NCBI GenBank assembly: GCA_963749155.1 | Contig: CAVVLO010000002.1 | Span: 352,001 to 416,000 of the forward strand | Origin: an uncultured Armatimonadia bacterium | Lineage (GTDB): Bacteria > Armatimonadota > Zipacnadia > CAVVLO01 | Length of the DNA stretch: 64,000 nt | Direction of reading: 5' to 3' | Part shown: piece after piece, positions 60,457 through 64,000 of the stretch | Layout of the letters: each line of letters starts with the position of its first letter | Position numbering within the stretch: the stretch's first letter is position 1 | The notes under the pieces: model-generated | Told to the model about the DNA's origin: nothing | Databases searched by the model: none | Seen by the model: only the letters and a program-made list of their open reading frames with translations | Made by a program: the position numbers and the translations under genes

Positions 60457-60750
60457 GGCCTCGCAAACTTTATTTTCAGCGAACCTGGTTTTTTCAAGTT
60501 GGCGGTATAGCAGGTCAGCTAGCCCCAGTGGGCTTTGCTCAGCCAGTTCCTCTGCAACGCGGGGCATTACCATAGCCGCATATTGGCCAGAGGAAGAGGC
60601 CTGCCCGGTAAGCCCTTCAAAACTCCCTTCCAGACTAAGGAGAGAGCCAAGTACCAGGGCTTCAAAGTCGGCGCAAGCCTTCCAGAGCTGCTGGTCTCGA
60701 GGGGCAACTGCCTGTCGGGTCAGCTGGGTTGAGACGGTCTCGAGTTCCAT
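60454..60750 (-). CDS. flgJ: Rod-binding FlgJ N-terminal-only protein
   Basis: LWKACADFEA...GLADLLYRQL; no muramidase domain. Confidence 0.8.
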   Translation of the reverse strand: MELETVSTQLTRQAVAPRDQQLWKACADFEALVLGSLLSLEGSFEGLTGQASSSGQYAAMVMPRVAEELAEQSPLGLADLLYRQLEKTRFAENKVCEA

Positions 60751-61869
60751 CTACATCACCACCAGTTCGGCGGTCAAAGCGCCTGACTCATGGATTGTCT
60801 GCAATATGGTAATCAGCTCGCCTGTCGTTGCGCCGATAGCATTCAACGCTTTCACCAACTCGCTGACACTCGTGCCTTCGATGGACCTGAGTACCGCGGG
60901 ACCGCCCTCGTCGACATCAAGGGTTTCGCCTGGCACAATAACTGTGGCGCCGTTGGTAAAAGACGGGGGTTGATGAACCTTAAGCTTCTGCTTGACCTCT
61001 ACGGTCAGACTGCCGTGAGAGACTGCAACCGGCATCACGCGGACATCACCGCCGATTATTACGGTACCAGTGCGTTCGTTCACTACCACTCGGGCAGGCC
61101 TGTAGTATTCGATCTCCAGGTCGGTCAGTCGGCTGATGAATTCAGCCTCGCGCCCCCAGAAGCAAGCAGGGATATCGACCTCCAGCGTGGCCGCATCTCT
61201 TGGGTGTATTCGTAGTTCCGGAAAACCAGCGAGAGCTTCTGAGATAACTGCCGCTGCCGCGTTTACCGTCTCATAACTCTCCATAGCGAAGCTAATCTGC
61301 AGTACATGGCCTCGCGAGGGGGGCATAGGAAGGGCTCTTTCGACCATCCCACCGCCTTGCAAGGCTGCTGTGGTCTGATGGTTTTGGGTGGTAGAGGAAC
61401 CCCCTTTCCCACTGGCTGTGAATCCTCCAAGAGAGACTGGCCCCTGGGCTACAACATAAAGCTGCCCGTCAGCTGCCATCAGGGGAGTCTGAAGCAAGAC
61501 CCCTCCCCGCAGTGACTTGGCATCCCCGAGTGAAGAAATCAGACAATCAACCCGGTCACCCACTCGCGCAAATCCTGACAATTCTGCTACTACCATTACT
61601 GCAGCGATGTTTTTCGACTTTATGTCAGGCAGATCAGCCACTAGGCCAAGCCGGCGCAGCATTGAAGCAACACTCTGAAAGGTAAAGGCCGCACTGGTAC
61701 TATCTCCAGTACCTTGCAAGCCGACGACCAGACCGTAGCCAAGCAACTGGTTGGAGCGTCCATCTCCAAGCCGCGCAACTTCGCCAAGACGCACCTTCAT
61801 CGTGTCCGTCATACCGGTGCTTGCCAGCATCAACAAGACTAAAAAGACTAGCTTCAGGCGTATAGCCAT
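60751..61869 (-). CDS. flgI: P-ring FlgI
   Basis: NQLLGYGLVVGLQGTGD, GDAKSLRGG, VVNERTGT. Confidence 0.97.
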   Translation of the reverse strand: MAIRLKLVFLVLLMLASTGMTDTMKVRLGEVARLGDGRSNQLLGYGLVVGLQGTGDSTSAAFTFQSVASMLRRLGLVADLPDIKSKNIAAVMVVAELSGFARVGDRVDCLISSLGDAKSLRGGVLLQTPLMAADGQLYVVAQGPVSLGGFTASGKGGSSTTQNHQTTAALQGGGMVERALPMPPSRGHVLQISFAMESYETVNAAAAVISEALAGFPELRIHPRDAATLEVDIPACFWGREAEFISRLTDLEIEYYRPARVVVNERTGTVIIGGDVRVMPVAVSHGSLTVEVKQKLKVHQPPSFTNGATVIVPGETLDVDEGGPAVLRSIEGTSVSELVKALNAIGATTGELITILQTIHESGALTAELVVM

Positions 61870-61883
61870 ACGGGCATCCTCCT

Positions 61884-62537
61884 CTAGAAGAGCCAGTCGA
61901 ACAGCCGGCTGAGAATACCCGGCTTGCGCTTCTTGGCAATAGAGCCCTTGCCATCGAGTTTTATGATGGCTTCGGCCAGGGCTGAGGAAGCTACAGTGTT
62001 GGAAGGCCCAATGTCCTGGGTTCGGACAAGCCCAGACAGACTGAGCTTCCGCTCTTCGCCGTTAAGGTTGAGCTGGCGTTCGCCCCTGACTCGCAAGGCG
62101 CCGGCCTCGGTAACTTCCTCGACAACAGCGGTGACTGTCGCGGCAAGCTGATCGTTGTGGGAAAAAGAACCGGCTGAGGAAAAATTATCGGCCTCTCCGT
62201 AGCTATAACTTCCAAGCAGGCTGAGCATCCCTAATCCATGCTCCCCTGCCCCCTGGGCGCTCTTGCTGAGCTTGCTGCCCCCCGAAAGCGAAGAGATGAC
62301 ACTCTCACTCACTACCACGGTGACCAGATCGCCGACACGGTAAGCCTTGAGATCTGCGAAAAGCGAGGTTGTGTGTACTCCAGTCCAAAGACTCTCAGGG
62401 GCATAACCGTCCGCTGGCAAAGTGACCTGGACTGGCTGGATCAGAACGGGTGGCCAAGGGGTGGTTTCCCCTTGAGCCAAGGCTGGGCAAGCAGTCACCA
62501 CAGCAAGTATTAGTAGCGACAGGCATCTGGTTTTCAC
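61884..62537 (-). CDS. flgH: L-ring FlgH
   Basis: SLFADLKAYRVGDLVTV, GLVR..DI...NTV.S. Confidence 0.93.
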   Translation of the reverse strand: MKTRCLSLLILAVVTACPALAQGETTPWPPVLIQPVQVTLPADGYAPESLWTGVHTTSLFADLKAYRVGDLVTVVVSESVISSLSGGSKLSKSAQGAGEHGLGMLSLLGSYSYGEADNFSSAGSFSHNDQLAATVTAVVEEVTEAGALRVRGERQLNLNGEERKLSLSGLVRTQDIGPSNTVASSALAEAIIKLDGKGSIAKKRKPGILSRLFDWLF

Positions 62538-62540
62538 TAG

Positions 62541-63374
62541 TTATCCCTCCTCACTCGTAAGGGTAACGACAAGTAGATCTGGGGCTTCGAGCAGGCCCTG
62601 GACTTCACGTCCACTGCTCAGGTTGAGGGCTCTGGCTGACTCGCCGACTCGGGCAGAATATTGCAGTTTGCCCGTAGTTGTGAGTTCAAAACCAAAAGCT
62701 CGCACCACAAGACGCACTGGAGAGCCTGAACGGACCTGAAGACCTGGAGATTCACCAGGGGGAACAGTTCCAGTTGGTTCAGCCGAATTTGCTGCAGCGA
62801 TCCCGGGTTGACCGACCAGCTTCAGGAGCCAGGTACCTCGTGTGACACCTGCCACCAGGACCTGGAGCCGTATATAAAGGCCATCAGCCAACTGCATTGG
62901 ACCAATAAACTGCAGGTTCAGCTCCCCCTCTGGCAAGGCGCACGGAGCAAAGGGCGCCATCAGCACACGACCTGTGGCCTGGTCAGGCACAAGAGCAAAA
63001 TCGCTTGTGAGGCGTTGCTCAAGAACCTCCTGAGTCAGATACTGCGCCGCGGTAGTAAGGACACATTCTCTGGCAGCAGTGAAGAAAACTTGCTCGGGCA
63101 AGATACCCTTTGGCCGTAAACGAGCGACCACGAAGCCTGCAACCAGGGTTGCCGACTGGCCAGGAGGGGGACTTGCAATCACCACTGTCTGACCAGCGAT
63201 TTCCGCAAGCGCGGCGTCCAGGCAACTCACCGTGGCAACATCAACAAGACGTACTTCAACGCCACTGACTACCGCGGCAGGGCGTAAAGCCACTTCAATC
63301 GCAGGCTTGTCATCTGCCGGGACCAGTGACCCACCGAGAATCATCAGGCCGATCATATAAAGAAAGGTCTTCAT
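62541..63374 (-). CDS. flgA: P-ring chaperone FlgA
   Basis: Signal peptide, VRSG..V..G...N..SGR.V; located between flgG and flgH. Confidence 0.8.
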   Translation of the reverse strand: MKTFLYMIGLMILGGSLVPADDKPAIEVALRPAAVVSGVEVRLVDVATVSCLDAALAEIAGQTVVIASPPPGQSATLVAGFVVARLRPKGILPEQVFFTAARECVLTTAAQYLTQEVLEQRLTSDFALVPDQATGRVLMAPFAPCALPEGELNLQFIGPMQLADGLYIRLQVLVAGVTRGTWLLKLVGQPGIAAANSAEPTGTVPPGESPGLQVRSGSPVRLVVRAFGFELTTTGKLQYSARVGESARALNLSSGREVQGLLEAPDLLVVTLTSEEG

Positions 63375-63378
63375 CGAT

Positions 63379-64000
63379 TTACCTCCGGATGTTGACTGCG
63401 ATGCTTAGCATCTCGTCGGCGCTGCGGATAGATTTGGAATTGACCTCATAAGCCCGCTGGGCCATTATCATCTTGACCATCTCCTCGACCACCTCGACAT
63501 TGGACATCTCGACAAAACCCTGAGCGAGAGTGCCAAGCCCATCCAGCCCAGCCGTCCCAGTAATCGCTTCGCCGCTGGCAGCAGTGCTTTGATACAGATT
63601 GCGGCCGACAGAACGAAGCCCACCAGGATTGAGGAATCGAGCCAGTGTGATTTGCCCAACATTCTGCGGCTCTGACTGGCCTGCAACGATGGCTGAGACT
63701 GTGCCGTCGGGGCCAATCGATATCTCGGTTGCCCCTTGAGGTATGGTGATCTGTGGCTGCACCATCAGGCCATCGCTGGTAACAAGCGAGCCGTCTGAGC
63801 TGAGTTTCAGGCTGCCGTCCCGGGTGTAAGCGACCGTCCCATCTGGCTGAAGTATCTGGAAGAAGCCATCTCCTTCAATAGCGAGGTCAAGACTGTTGCC
63901 TGTCTGTTCGAACTCGCCCTGCCCAAAGACTTTCTGGATAGCGCCAAGACGAGTCCCCAACCCTACCTCAGAGCTGACAGGCACCGCAGAGCCCGCAGCG
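63379..64000 (-). CDS. flgG: Distal rod FlgG (5'-partial)
   Basis: DLAIEGDGFFQI, YTRDG, EMSNVEVVEEMV, QRAYEVNSK. Confidence 0.95.
   Translation of the reverse strand, partial: AAGSAVPVSSEVGLGTRLGAIQKVFGQGEFEQTGNSLDLAIEGDGFFQILQPDGTVAYTRDGSLKLSSDGSLVTSDGLMVQPQITIPQGATEISIGPDGTVSAIVAGQSEPQNVGQITLARFLNPGGLRSVGRNLYQSTAASGEAITGTAGLDGLGTLAQGFVEMSNVEVVEEMVKMIMAQRAYEVNSKSIRSADEMLSIAVNIRR

Overview
Chromosomal window from a GC-rich diderm bacterium. FlgH/FlgI/FlgA are present alongside Terrabacteria-style PcrA, FliW-CsrA, FlbD and TIGR02530, so an Armatimonadota-like lineage is an inference only. Nearly all genes are on the minus strand. Positions 1-9.6 kb are housekeeping: a partial secreted protein, ligA, pcrA, pyrG, thiD-like, a HAD-IIA hydrolase, a zinc-ribbon/TPR protein and a flavodoxin. 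Positions 9.8-24.2 kb are accessory: a GH38 alpha-mannosidase with an in-frame TGA, an alpha/beta hydrolase, a beta-helix protein, a URO-D-family protein, EndoQ, a CreD-like protein, UbiB plus phasin, an M48 lipoprotein and two paralogous exported proteins. Positions 24.3-64 kb are one ~40 kb flagellar supercluster running from flgG to flhG. Five single-base frameshifts look like long-read errors. The main observations are: (1) a purine-riboswitch-like aptamer variant with C at the U51-equivalent position, lying between a sigma70 promoter and the SD of the flavodoxin gene; (2) a degenerate MotA that keeps its rotor-contact motif but has lost the channel motifs, with no motB in the window; (3) a 1646-aa FliD with about 9 repeated domains; (4) two near-identical sigma54 promoters and three sigma28 promoters combined with FliW/CsrA; (5) a degenerate HD-GYP protein in the fliS operon; (6) a structured flgE leader. 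No CRISPR array, tRNA/rRNA or mobile element was seen.
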